Below, piece by piece: positions 54,197 through 63,697 of a DNA stretch of 64,000 nt. This stretch comes from a virus. The DNA lies in the IMG/VR virus record IMGVR_UViG_3300022745_000628, positions 32,001 to 96,000 of that record; one strand, 5' to 3'. Below the pieces are notes generated by a model. It did no database searches, was not told the origin of the DNA, and worked only from the letters and a program-made list of their open reading frames with translations. A program made the translations under genes and the position numbers. Position 1 is the first letter of the stretch. Every line of letters starts with the position of its first letter.

Positions 54197-55123
54197 ATGG
54201 CTACACAAGAACAAATCGGTGTAATGAACCGCACGTTTCTTGATACGATCGAATCCGGTCAGTACAAGAAGGCCGCGGATGCCGTTACCGATTACACTCG
54301 AACGAAGTTGCGTGAAGAAGGATTCTTCCGCAAGATTATGCCACCGATCCAAGTAGACGACAGTCAACTTGATCGACAAGTTAGTGATCCACGACCTGTG
54401 ATCATCATCGACCGTCAGGCCGAAAGTGGTCCAGCCGTAACCATTCCTTTCGCGACGACCCCACGTAATATGTGGATCAAGGGACCGCGATACATGGTTG
54501 CTTTCAGCCGTATCATCACCCCACAGTTCCAAACAGATAAGGATTATCTGCGAACGTGGCATATGGACATCCGTCAATTGGTCTCCGACCAAGCGATCCG
54601 CGATATCGGTACTGAAGAAGATACCAAGTTTATTTCGGCTGTTAACTCGGTCATGGTCGGCGCAGATCAAGCGGTTCCAGCTAACAACAACGTTGTTCAG
54701 TGGAAGACGATTCCAGGCGGAATCACCCGCGACGCGATCAAGTCTGCTAAGGCAATCATGCGAAAGGGGCCTTCGAAGCTCTCCGCTGAAGTTGCTTTGG
54801 TTAACCACGTTACTATTCTCGAGTTCGAAGCGTTTGATCGTAACGAAATCGGTGGTGACTTGGCACAAGACATTTTCAAGAATGGCTTCGCCGAGAAAGA
54901 AATTTTCAACCTCAAGTTGTTCGCAACGATCAAGGACACGCTTGTTCCTGACGATTCGATGTACTTGTTTGCGGATCCAAAGTTCATTGGAAAACACTTC
55001 GTTCTCGAAGATGTTACCATGTACATGGAGAACAAGGCATTCATGCTTTCGTTCTTCGCATACCAAACTACTGGTGCTGCAATCGGGCACACCGGCGGCT
55101 TGGCTCGCGCTGACTTCGCATAA
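54197..55123 (+). CDS. Major capsid protein (HK97 fold, encapsulin-like size), 308 aa
   Basis: GGAGG upstream; LREEGFFRKIMPP; I...ED.KFI helix; gene order protease-scaffold-decoration-MCP. Confidence 0.75.
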   Translation: MATQEQIGVMNRTFLDTIESGQYKKAADAVTDYTRTKLREEGFFRKIMPPIQVDDSQLDRQVSDPRPVIIIDRQAESGPAVTIPFATTPRNMWIKGPRYMVAFSRIITPQFQTDKDYLRTWHMDIRQLVSDQAIRDIGTEEDTKFISAVNSVMVGADQAVPANNNVVQWKTIPGGITRDAIKSAKAIMRKGPSKLSAEVALVNHVTILEFEAFDRNEIGGDLAQDIFKNGFAEKEIFNLKLFATIKDTLVPDDSMYLFADPKFIGKHFVLEDVTMYMENKAFMLSFFAYQTTGAAIGHTGGLARADFA

Positions 55124-55142
55124 CCAGTAAGGAGCGTTTACC

Positions 55143-55469
55143 TTGTCGATTGATCACACTAAACTGGCGGAAGCTGCAGATACTCTGAACGCAGAGATCT
55201 ATTCGCCAGTTTTCTTCGAAAAGCTGGCTGCGGCCGGTATTGTTGTTGAAAATGCTGAAGAATCGATCGAGTTCCTAAAACTCGCTCAGAATCTTCGCGC
55301 TCAATACGATAACTCGCAGACTAAGGTTGCAACCGATCGCGTCGCGGCGTTGCGCCAAATTAATGCTGAGATCTCTGGTGAGAAAATTGCTAGCGCTAAC
55401 CCCGTAGTAGTTAATCCAGCGATCGCTCGCGCCGTGTTAAACCTATCGCTAGCTGAAGCTGGCGAATAA
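55143..55469 (+). CDS. Small head-associated protein
   Basis: AAGGAG upstream of TTG; EKLAA, TKVAT, EKIAS. Confidence 0.7.
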   Translation: MSIDHTKLAEAADTLNAEIYSPVFFEKLAAAGIVVENAEESIEFLKLAQNLRAQYDNSQTKVATDRVAALRQINAEISGEKIASANPVVVNPAIARAVLNLSLAEAGE

Positions 55470-55484
55470 TAAAGAAAGGATCTC

Positions 55485-55724
55485 ATGACAACCTTAGCTC
55501 AAAAAACGATGACGGTTGTTACCAATCCTACCGGTGGTACGATTACTTATTCGTTTTTGCCAAAGCACGGCATGACCTTGACGGCCGGCGAATCAGTTTC
55601 AATCCCAGGTGATTTGGTACAGACATTGGCCGCACTTCCTCGTCAACGTAAGTTTGACGCATTGAAGGCTGCCATCGTAGCCAACAAAATCACCTTGACT
55701 TCTCGACCTATCCTCAACGGTTAA
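55485..55724 (+). CDS. Small hypothetical virion protein
   Basis: AAGGA upstream. Confidence 0.7.
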   Translation: MTTLAQKTMTVVTNPTGGTITYSFLPKHGMTLTAGESVSIPGDLVQTLAALPRQRKFDALKAAIVANKITLTSRPILNG

Positions 55725-55766
55725 TAACCGTTGGCTGAGTTGAGTGTTCAAGTAACGTGTTAAAAT

Positions 55767-55794
55767 AAATAAGCCGGGGCAACCCGGCTTATTT
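55767..55794 (+). terminator. Intrinsic terminator with GCAA tetraloop
   Basis: AAATAAGCCGGG-GCAA-CCCGGCTTATTT. Confidence 0.85.
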
Positions 55795-55820
55795 TGTTCT
55801 CCTGCCACGGGATCTACTAA

Positions 55821-56252
55821 ATGGAATTGCAATATAATTCGCAGACGCCGACAATCCAAAACCACGGTACTATTGCACCGCAGTGCGACTCTCACGGCAA
55901 TCTAAAGGTTTCGATAGAAGCTGGCGGTGGCGGCGGAGGTGGTGGCGGAGGTTCCTCGCTAGTAACATCTACCGGGTCTTGGGTCAACGCGACGCTGACA
56001 ACCAGCGGGGTAGATCAGAACGTGTTAGGGGCTAATTCCGATCGTATCGCCATTCAGATTATCAATCATTCCACGACGGCTACCATCTGGGCCTCGTTTC
56101 ACGGTACCGCTAACGCTTCGCAGCATAAATACATTGAATTGCTGCCTGGTGATATGTGGGAGAACCCGCCTAATTGGTGCCCAAGCGGGGCGCTGCACAT
56201 GGTAGCTGACGACGATAACGTTCCCTATGCCATTATCGAAGGTGTGCCTTAA
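55821..56252 (+). CDS. Small beta-sandwich-like virion protein with Gly10 linker
   Basis: GGGGGGGGGG linker; ANSDRIAIQIIN. Confidence 0.65.
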   Translation: MELQYNSQTPTIQNHGTIAPQCDSHGNLKVSIEAGGGGGGGGGGSSLVTSTGSWVNATLTTSGVDQNVLGANSDRIAIQIINHSTTATIWASFHGTANASQHKYIELLPGDMWENPPNWCPSGALHMVADDDNVPYAIIEGVP

Positions 56253-56356
56253 GAACTACTAGCTAACTAGCTCGCACCCAGCGTTATTAGCGCGTCCAGT
56301 TATAATCAAGCTAGGCGCGCTTTTTTGTTGTCACTATTAGTTAGTAAACACGCAAT

Positions 56357-59300
56357 ATGCCACTGTTCCACAAACCAGGTTTAAGCTTCTTAGTTCAGCA
56401 ATATCTGACGGAAGCCCAAAAATATCAAGCACGGCGGAACATATCCGTTCCGTGGGGCGGTGACGATGATAACGGCAACGCATTCCGAGTACGCAGCCCG
56501 TTTGAGACCGACGCGGCAGCTACGCTTAGTTTTGAATCGGCTATGGGGGATGATTACGCGTATCTATACGTAGATAGCGACGAGAAATTTAACTACGGCG
56601 CTGGAAATAGCAATACAAGTACAATCCATACCCAAGGCGTAGATTACTATCGTCGCCGAATCGTCACTGCGTCAATGGCTACGCTTATAGACGAGGCAGT
56701 GCACGACTACGGCTACACGCTGCAGCATTATTCGTCGGATTTCAATAATTACTACCGACATACTGTATCTGACGACGACGGACAGATCGGTTCATTTGTA
56801 CAGGACATAGATGCCGGGGTCTACACCTATCAGCAGGTGCGTCCGTATTACGAGCAGATTTTTTCGACAGACGGACTCGGTTACGCAGAGCTTTATGTTG
56901 AAGGTACCGACTACGCAATTGAATTAACCAGCTATGACGGCGCAAATTCCGGGTATCTCGGGCTATTCAGCCCTCAAATAAATTTGTCGCATGAATCCAA
57001 CAATGTTGAGCAAACTATCGAGTTGAGTGCGGCAGCTATAATGCTGGACCGGCAGTCTTACGATGACGGCAACAATAACCGCTCTACTATCACGTTAGGC
57101 CAAAACCAGAGCGCCCCGTGGGTAGGCACATTGCGACTGCAATCGTCGTACGACGGTGATTCCGCGATAGCCTGGGTAGATTTGCGCAGCCCAGACGATA
57201 TGACATTGACCATGTACGTGGCTGCCCAAGATAATGATTCATACGTAAAGACGTCGATGGATCCTTACGATCGCGTAGTCCGAACCAAGATAAATGCGCC
57301 CGGTAATTCGTACTATACGTTTACCGAACAGTACGAACAGGATCTACATCGCGCCATCTATTCTTCGGATCTAGATGATTTCTTGATGCTGGAAAATATG
57401 CAGCCATACGGCTATTTCCTAAATCATTGGGCACCTGACGGTTCTAGGTTTTATTGCCATACCGTTTCTGATGACGAGGGGTATATCAAATTAGATGTGC
57501 GCGATTACGTCGGTAACTATGAAGCCCATCACACGGTGTACCAGGGCTACCACACGTTGTACGCTAGCAACAGCATTGGCGAAGTAGTTGTCAACTTAGA
57601 CGGTTTTGACAAAGAGATCTATTTGCAAGCCAATGACAATCTCACAGCGTCGTATATCGATATCACCGCCAATACGGTGGCTATAGTTGAAGTGTTCAGT
57701 GGCGAATTTGCTGGTGTTAATGCGGAGATACGGGCTGATGCTGCAAAACTGTCATTGACTCGTGATACCGAGTACGCGTCTATCCTAAATAACAGCAAAA
57801 TAGAATTCAAGAAACTCGATGCATACGATATCGATACGATCGTACTTTCGACTTACTACCTAGATTCCGGAGAAGTGTCAGCGACTGCGAAACTGGATTT
57901 AGTAAATTCGGACGGCAATACTGAATTAATTACGCAGTACAGCGCGGATAATTCATACCAGCAATTGTTATTCAATCCGTATACCCCGTCAATTTTAGCG
58001 AGTGTGCGCGGCGCGGATTTCATAGATAGCATCACAGAGACCGCTGTAGGGTTTACATCATCGAAGCTGTACCTTTCCGATTCTACAGCTGCGTTAGAAT
58101 GGGCAAACAGCATAAATGGATTAGGCGCCGGAAACAATATTAAAAAGCATACGTTTGGCATAGACGCGGGTACGGCATCGCTGTATATGACGGACAACGA
58201 TGAGTTCGATGCCGGAAATATGACATATCGGCACGCTACTACGTGGGGCCATACCAGTTACAACCACGGAGTCTTTATGCTGCAGTCGAACGACTACGTG
58301 CAAGTAGACTGGGACGTGGCCGATAATCCGTATAGTTTAATGACAGTTAACAGCGAGGGCAATTGGACCAGTACGGCGTACACATATTCAAATGAATCGA
58401 TATTTCGAATCTACGATTGGTATAACGACGTCAACGTTATTGAGCAGTACATGAATCAGTATGGTTACTTCATTAACCATTACTCATCTGACGGCACACG
58501 GTACTATGGTTTTGAACTCAGTGATGATGACAGTCGAAATGCGCTCGTACTATATGCTTATGGAGCTGGCAATGAGCTAGTCCAGCATTGGGACCGTACG
58601 CTTGAGACAATCAACAATTCTGATGGCCACGGCACATCACAGGTAGTTATGACTCGTGGTACTGGCACAGACGGTGGGTATCTTCACCCAGTATTTGATG
58701 TAAATCTTACACAAACTTATGATGCTAATGCTTGGAACTTTCGATTTAACCTAGACCAAACACTTATTGGTTGGGTATTATCTAGCATACAAAATGTTAG
58801 TGGCGGACACTCAACATCCATCACACAACAATCGCTAGGTACAACTACTATTGAAAGTAGGCAGGATAAAGATTCCGCTAATATACGTTCATGGATTCGC
58901 AGTTCTAAAACAGCTGCATTTATGGAAACAACTAACGTATCGATTGGTACTGGACGGCTAGACTGTTCAGCTTCACAAGTAACTCAGCGATATACACCTG
59001 CATCTGGTCCAGTACAAACAACTGTACTAACTAAAAATGGATTTACTCCAAGTGCTGTGCGTTACGCTCCGACTGTAATTATATTTTCAGAAACCGAATG
59101 GACGGTTCCGCCGCAATACAGTGTTACGTGGGATACGCATACTTACGAGATATTTTGCGATGCTGGAGATCTAGAGATGTTGCTACCAGAGATTACCTCA
59201 GACCACTGGGGACATGAATTTGAGTTCTTTCTAATAGATAGCTCACATGTGTGCACACTTACTCCTTTTAGCGGGCAATTGATAAGCCAAAACCCTAATA

Positions 59301-59386
59301 AGGAATTGACAGATCAAGGCCAGTATGTGTCGATAAGAGCATGTTCTGATGGAAATTGGTATCTGACAGCATCACTCATTCCTTAA
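56357..59386 (+). CDS. Large Tyr/Asp/Ser-rich protein, putative fibre or surface adhesin; paralogue A
   Basis: Shares N- and C-terminal blocks with 59927-62368; three YGYxxxHYSSD modules. Confidence 0.7.
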   Translation: MPLFHKPGLSFLVQQYLTEAQKYQARRNISVPWGGDDDNGNAFRVRSPFETDAAATLSFESAMGDDYAYLYVDSDEKFNYGAGNSNTSTIHTQGVDYYRRRIVTASMATLIDEAVHDYGYTLQHYSSDFNNYYRHTVSDDDGQIGSFVQDIDAGVYTYQQVRPYYEQIFSTDGLGYAELYVEGTDYAIELTSYDGANSGYLGLFSPQINLSHESNNVEQTIELSAAAIMLDRQSYDDGNNNRSTITLGQNQSAPWVGTLRLQSSYDGDSAIAWVDLRSPDDMTLTMYVAAQDNDSYVKTSMDPYDRVVRTKINAPGNSYYTFTEQYEQDLHRAIYSSDLDDFLMLENMQPYGYFLNHWAPDGSRFYCHTVSDDEGYIKLDVRDYVGNYEAHHTVYQGYHTLYASNSIGEVVVNLDGFDKEIYLQANDNLTASYIDITANTVAIVEVFSGEFAGVNAEIRADAAKLSLTRDTEYASILNNSKIEFKKLDAYDIDTIVLSTYYLDSGEVSATAKLDLVNSDGNTELITQYSADNSYQQLLFNPYTPSILASVRGADFIDSITETAVGFTSSKLYLSDSTAALEWANSINGLGAGNNIKKHTFGIDAGTASLYMTDNDEFDAGNMTYRHATTWGHTSYNHGVFMLQSNDYVQVDWDVADNPYSLMTVNSEGNWTSTAYTYSNESIFRIYDWYNDVNVIEQYMNQYGYFINHYSSDGTRYYGFELSDDDSRNALVLYAYGAGNELVQHWDRTLETINNSDGHGTSQVVMTRGTGTDGGYLHPVFDVNLTQTYDANAWNFRFNLDQTLIGWVLSSIQNVSGGHSTSITQQSLGTTTIESRQDKDSANIRSWIRSSKTAAFMETTNVSIGTGRLDCSASQVTQRYTPASGPVQTTVLTKNGFTPSAVRYAPTVIIFSETEWTVPPQYSVTWDTHTYEIFCDAGDLEMLLPEITSDHWGHEFEFFLIDSSHVCTLTPFSGQLISQNPNKELTDQGQYVSIRACSDGNWYLTASLIP

Positions 59387-59399
59387 CAGAAAGTCAAAC

Positions 59400-59759
59400 A
59401 TGAACATAACACCACCAAACCTCACCCAAGAAGAAAAGACCGCCATTACTGTGCGGAACTTAACTGCGCAGTTAAATCGTTCCAAAGACGATATCAAAGG
59501 AACTTTCATCGAGTCCTTCAAATCCTTTTGGTATACGGGACGACCAGGACAAGCCCCAGTCCTCAAGTCCAAAGAAGAAATCAATGCGATTCTCGAAGCT
59601 TTGGATGCTGTAACTCCTGGCCAATCCAAGATACCATTTGCTTGGGCATCTGTACTCCTAACAGCACTTGTAACCGCAGGTGTTGACATTGACCCAACCC
59701 AGTACCAACCACCTTACGAACTTGATGTAACCGATACTTCGATTCGTATTAAGGTGTAG
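59400..59759 (+). CDS. Small helical protein, paralogue of 63221-63622
   Basis: PP..T.EE....VRNLT ... KSFWYTG. Confidence 0.7.
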   Translation: MNITPPNLTQEEKTAITVRNLTAQLNRSKDDIKGTFIESFKSFWYTGRPGQAPVLKSKEEINAILEALDAVTPGQSKIPFAWASVLLTALVTAGVDIDPTQYQPPYELDVTDTSIRIKV

Positions 59760-59926
59760 CTCGTGCCGGGCCATTCCATATCCAAGTACACCCATGAAGC
59801 CTATATCGAGCCTAGCTCTAACTTTAAGCCCGCGCTACATCACAAGAAGTTACGTAGGCGGCCCAGTAATACATGCGTAGCGCGTGAAACCACTATTTAA
59901 GTAAACCAAGGTTACCGTAACAAACC

Positions 59927-62368
59927 ATGCCACTGTTTCATAAGCCGGGCCTAAGCTTTTTAGTACAGCAGTACCTAACTGATTCGCAAAAGACTCAGGC
60001 GCGCGGTAATCTGGACGCGCCTTGGGGAGGCGACGACAGCGAAGGTAACAGGTTTTTAGTACATTCTCCGTATCAAACCGAGGCGTACGCCGACTTCGAG
60101 TTTAGATCGCAAAACTCTGAAGACGTAGCGCGTATGGCTGGCGACGCTGTCTCCGGCTGGGTTATGCAGTCTCAATCGGAATTTCGGCAGAGTTCCGCAG
60201 GGTTGGCGCCTTACTTACATCAGCGTATTATTTATAACGTCGAGACAGATGTTAACGTGATGTGGGAGGCGATGTACGACTGGGGCTACGCACTCAATCA
60301 TTATTCGTCCGACAACTCGAGATATTACCAGTTCTTGGTTTCCGATGACGACAGTTGTATCCGGACATTGGTGGCTACCAATGACCAATACAACGAGCAT
60401 ACACATCTGTCTAATCGTAGCGAATTAGTGCAGTACTCTTACGACGAAACGGGAGCCCAGGTTGTAGATATAAATTACGGCGTAAACTACGACGGTCGCG
60501 CCGTACCTACTTTCGACGTAGCTTTGAACTGGGAAATGGACGGAACGGAAATACTTAGTCGCTTGCGTTATGACTACGACAATTACGAATGGGTAATGAG
60601 TCAGCAGCACACCAATGTGTATAAAACTCAGTCGTTGTTGGCGCCAGATCGGCTATACCGGTCCATAGAAAATATCGATGGTGGACTAGTTCAGTTTTTC
60701 GAGCAATCCAATCTTTATTACTGGTGGCTGCAGTCCGAAGGCCCTGACAGGTTGGCCAGCCTATATGTCAGCCATGACGACAACGTAATCGATATGTATG
60801 TGGAGGACACTTATTTATCCGCAGAGACGACTACCGGCTCCAGCGGTTTTTGGATAAATGTAATCGGAGATTTTCCAGGTAGTTTTCAAACTGGGCATAC
60901 TAAGCTGCAATACGATGAAGACTTTGAATCAATCGTTTTAGAAACTACCGTCCAAGTTGGACCATATCCGTGGCAACCCGATGATTTATCATCCACGTCC
61001 ACGCAATCGGTTACGTCGTTCGAATTTTCGACAAAGGAATACAACTGGGAAGGTTACTCCGCTATGAATCCTGGTGGTTTTAGCCACCGTGGACATATCG
61101 ACGGCAACATACTGACGCAGGCAGAGGCGTATCTCGGTGACAACAATCACGGGATAATGTATTTTTACAGTAATTATCTAGATGATCCAGACGCCGGTTT
61201 ATACGGAGTTTCTGCTGGAATAGCTATAGACAAGGCACCAAGTTACAACCAGTTGGGCGCGCGATTATTTGCGTTCGGATTCGATGGCAATACTAGCCCG
61301 TACCAGAACTACATTGAGACATTCAACGATAACGGCAGTGTACGGTTGCGAGCTGGTTATGACGATGTCTTCGCCCAAGTAGACTGGTCTACATCCGGCA
61401 TACTTACAAGTGTAGACGCCAGCGGAGAGTACTATTTCCACGAACAAACCGCGGTAGACATGCAAACACGTTATATTTACGACCGATATAACGATGTGTT
61501 TGCACTGCGTGAGCAGTTTCTCGACTACAACTGGACAATTGACTCGTACTCCTCAGACGGACAGGTTGCATATTTACAGCTAAACCCCGGGTATTCCTAC
61601 GCAGAAGCTTACTACCGCGGTAATGTTGCGTCGCAAGCTTTATGGATAAGCATAGGGGATGATGATTACGACCATCCGGCTTACGAACTGCAAATGAACT
61701 TGAATTATGCCGATACCAATAATTTCTACAACAATTTCAAGTATGACTGGTCATCGATTGGCTGGCTTATGGAAGCCTACAATACGCAAGATGATTCGCG
61801 TAGTGCGTTTAATGCTGCTTGGACAACCATATCCAGCAGGTGTTGGCCCAATTACAACGTGGATCCGGGTACATATTGCGAGCACATTGTAACTCAGAGC
61901 TCCATTGAGTCGAATACAGCTAGTTCCGACGGTAATGGTGTATACAGCTACCAAAATGCATCAGGAATATTTTGGGAGTTAGACATACCAGAAACTGGTG
62001 AATACCAAGACGTAACGTTCGATAGCAGCGGTTTCACACCAAGCGCGATGCGTTACCTGCCGCACGTATTCCGATATTCTGAAGTTTTGGATGTGTTTTC
62101 TGCAGGCTGGAATCAGCACTCTATCGAAGTATACGCTGACGTAGATGACGCAATAGTTGTGCTGCCAGAGATAGTGCCCGATCATTTCGGAGGTGAGCTG
62201 CAGATACTAATACTGGATACCAGTGGTGGCGCGTGCATAATTGCGCCAGCCATGGGGCAGTATATTAATGGGTATCCGTACACCATCAACAACGTGACAA
62301 ATACACTTATTAAACTCCGTGCGTGTTCTAACGGAAATTGGCTAGCATTAACTCTTTACCCTGATTAA
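59927..62368 (+). CDS. Large Tyr/Asp/Ser-rich protein; paralogue B
   Basis: Identical first 18 aa MPLFHKPGLSFLVQQYLT; GFTPSA.RY, LPEI..DH.G, RACS.GNW. Confidence 0.7.
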   Translation: MPLFHKPGLSFLVQQYLTDSQKTQARGNLDAPWGGDDSEGNRFLVHSPYQTEAYADFEFRSQNSEDVARMAGDAVSGWVMQSQSEFRQSSAGLAPYLHQRIIYNVETDVNVMWEAMYDWGYALNHYSSDNSRYYQFLVSDDDSCIRTLVATNDQYNEHTHLSNRSELVQYSYDETGAQVVDINYGVNYDGRAVPTFDVALNWEMDGTEILSRLRYDYDNYEWVMSQQHTNVYKTQSLLAPDRLYRSIENIDGGLVQFFEQSNLYYWWLQSEGPDRLASLYVSHDDNVIDMYVEDTYLSAETTTGSSGFWINVIGDFPGSFQTGHTKLQYDEDFESIVLETTVQVGPYPWQPDDLSSTSTQSVTSFEFSTKEYNWEGYSAMNPGGFSHRGHIDGNILTQAEAYLGDNNHGIMYFYSNYLDDPDAGLYGVSAGIAIDKAPSYNQLGARLFAFGFDGNTSPYQNYIETFNDNGSVRLRAGYDDVFAQVDWSTSGILTSVDASGEYYFHEQTAVDMQTRYIYDRYNDVFALREQFLDYNWTIDSYSSDGQVAYLQLNPGYSYAEAYYRGNVASQALWISIGDDDYDHPAYELQMNLNYADTNNFYNNFKYDWSSIGWLMEAYNTQDDSRSAFNAAWTTISSRCWPNYNVDPGTYCEHIVTQSSIESNTASSDGNGVYSYQNASGIFWELDIPETGEYQDVTFDSSGFTPSAMRYLPHVFRYSEVLDVFSAGWNQHSIEVYADVDDAIVVLPEIVPDHFGGELQILILDTSGGACIIAPAMGQYINGYPYTINNVTNTLIKLRACSNGNWLALTLYPD

Positions 62369-62402
62369 TTTCAACGTTTTTTATTTTGAGGAGATTTAGA
62401 TT

Positions 62403-63113
62403 ATGGGTCCGATCCGATTAAACGGTCCTGGCGATTTTTACACGGTGATCGATCAAGTAGCCGATCGCGGCACTTACATCGAGGCTGGCATCGAAAACCC
62501 GTCCGAAAAGATCGCTACCATTCAGGTGCTCAAGGACGTTATTTCGATTGAAAAGCGCTATGACTCGTTGGCTACGATTAACGCAAAGTTCGGTTCTGAA
62601 GTAGCTGTCGAAGCTACAGAAACCGCGCTGGCGATTAGCATACCCGTATTCGAAGTGGCTATCGGCGAAGGCGTCAAAACGCGCATGACCGACACTACTA
62701 TCGAATCACACATTTATGTAGACGACGAGAACCGCACAGTCGATCTGCATATGGACAAAGCCAATGTGCACATCGAAGTTACTCAGGGATCGAGTTTTTC
62801 CGTAATCGATGTGCAACCTACCGAGATATTGATTAAAAACGAAGCTGGCGCGACGCTGCGAATCAGTGGCGACGGAGTATCTGCGGTAAATAGTGCAGGA
62901 TTCGGAATCAGCACGGGCAGCGGCACTGTAGAGATCACCTCGCCGTTGATTATTCCGCAAGTGGACAAAGCTACGCTGCTGTCCGGGGATTATCCCGGAA
63001 ACATTGCCATTTACTATTACAATGAAAATGACAATGACGGCGTCCGCCTTGCGTTTAAAGATCACGTGAACGCCGTTTGGAAAAACGCAAGCGACAATTC
63101 AGTTGTTGCGTGA
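62403..63113 (+). CDS. Hypothetical beta-rich virion protein
   Basis: GAGGAG upstream; alternating hydrophobic pattern. Confidence 0.65.
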   Translation: MGPIRLNGPGDFYTVIDQVADRGTYIEAGIENPSEKIATIQVLKDVISIEKRYDSLATINAKFGSEVAVEATETALAISIPVFEVAIGEGVKTRMTDTTIESHIYVDDENRTVDLHMDKANVHIEVTQGSSFSVIDVQPTEILIKNEAGATLRISGDGVSAVNSAGFGISTGSGTVEITSPLIIPQVDKATLLSGDYPGNIAIYYYNENDNDGVRLAFKDHVNAVWKNASDNSVVA

Positions 63114-63220
63114 CATATTCGGCAATTTAATTGGTAGGATATTGGTAATACCCTACGCTTGTCAGACTCGTTGAATCCCCCCATTTAACAATTAAACTCC
63201 CTTTTTCAGAAAGTCTCGCT

Positions 63221-63622
63221 ATGTCTCGTGTTCCAACTCCAGGCGCTGCTGGCGGTCCTAGCGCTCGTGTGCCTAACCTATTTCCACCTGTTCCTATGAC
63301 CGAGGACGAGCAAATCAAGGCCGTCGCGCGGAACCTCACGCGATTGTCTAACCAGCTTGCTGGTACACTCGCTTCACAATTTGACCAGCTTTACAAGTTG
63401 TTCTGGACCGACGGCAAAGACGTGCGATCCGCAGATTTCTTGAATAAGTTGGCTGATACGCTCGACGCTACCAAGCCAGGCTTGTCCGGCCAGCTGGTGC
63501 AACTCGCTGAAGCGATTTCGCAGACCTTGGTTATTTCCGGAATGGTGCAGGCTGAAGATGTGGCGCCAAAATTGCCGATTTCTGTAGACTCGAAAACCGG
63601 CAAATTTACCGTCGGCGAGTAA
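63221..63622 (+). CDS. Small helical protein, paralogue of 59400-59759
   Basis: PPVPMTEDEQIKAVARNLT ... KLFWTDG. Confidence 0.7.
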   Translation: MSRVPTPGAAGGPSARVPNLFPPVPMTEDEQIKAVARNLTRLSNQLAGTLASQFDQLYKLFWTDGKDVRSADFLNKLADTLDATKPGLSGQLVQLAEAISQTLVISGMVQAEDVAPKLPISVDSKTGKFTVGE

Positions 63623-63653
63623 TTTGTCGATTTCAACGCCAGCACATACGCAT

Positions 63654-63681
63654 AAAACGCACGGGCTCCCCGTGCGTTTTT
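63654..63681 (+). terminator. Intrinsic terminator (symmetric, possibly bidirectional)
   Basis: AAAACGCACGGG-CTC-CCCGTGCGTTTTT. Confidence 0.75.
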
Positions 63682-63697
63682 GCTATAGTTGAGTATT

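Noticed and set aside
53999-55130. Long overlapping ORFs 53999-55090 (-) and 54498-55130 (+)
   Set aside because: They are shadows of the strongly codon-biased capsid gene, with no ribosome-binding site or motif.
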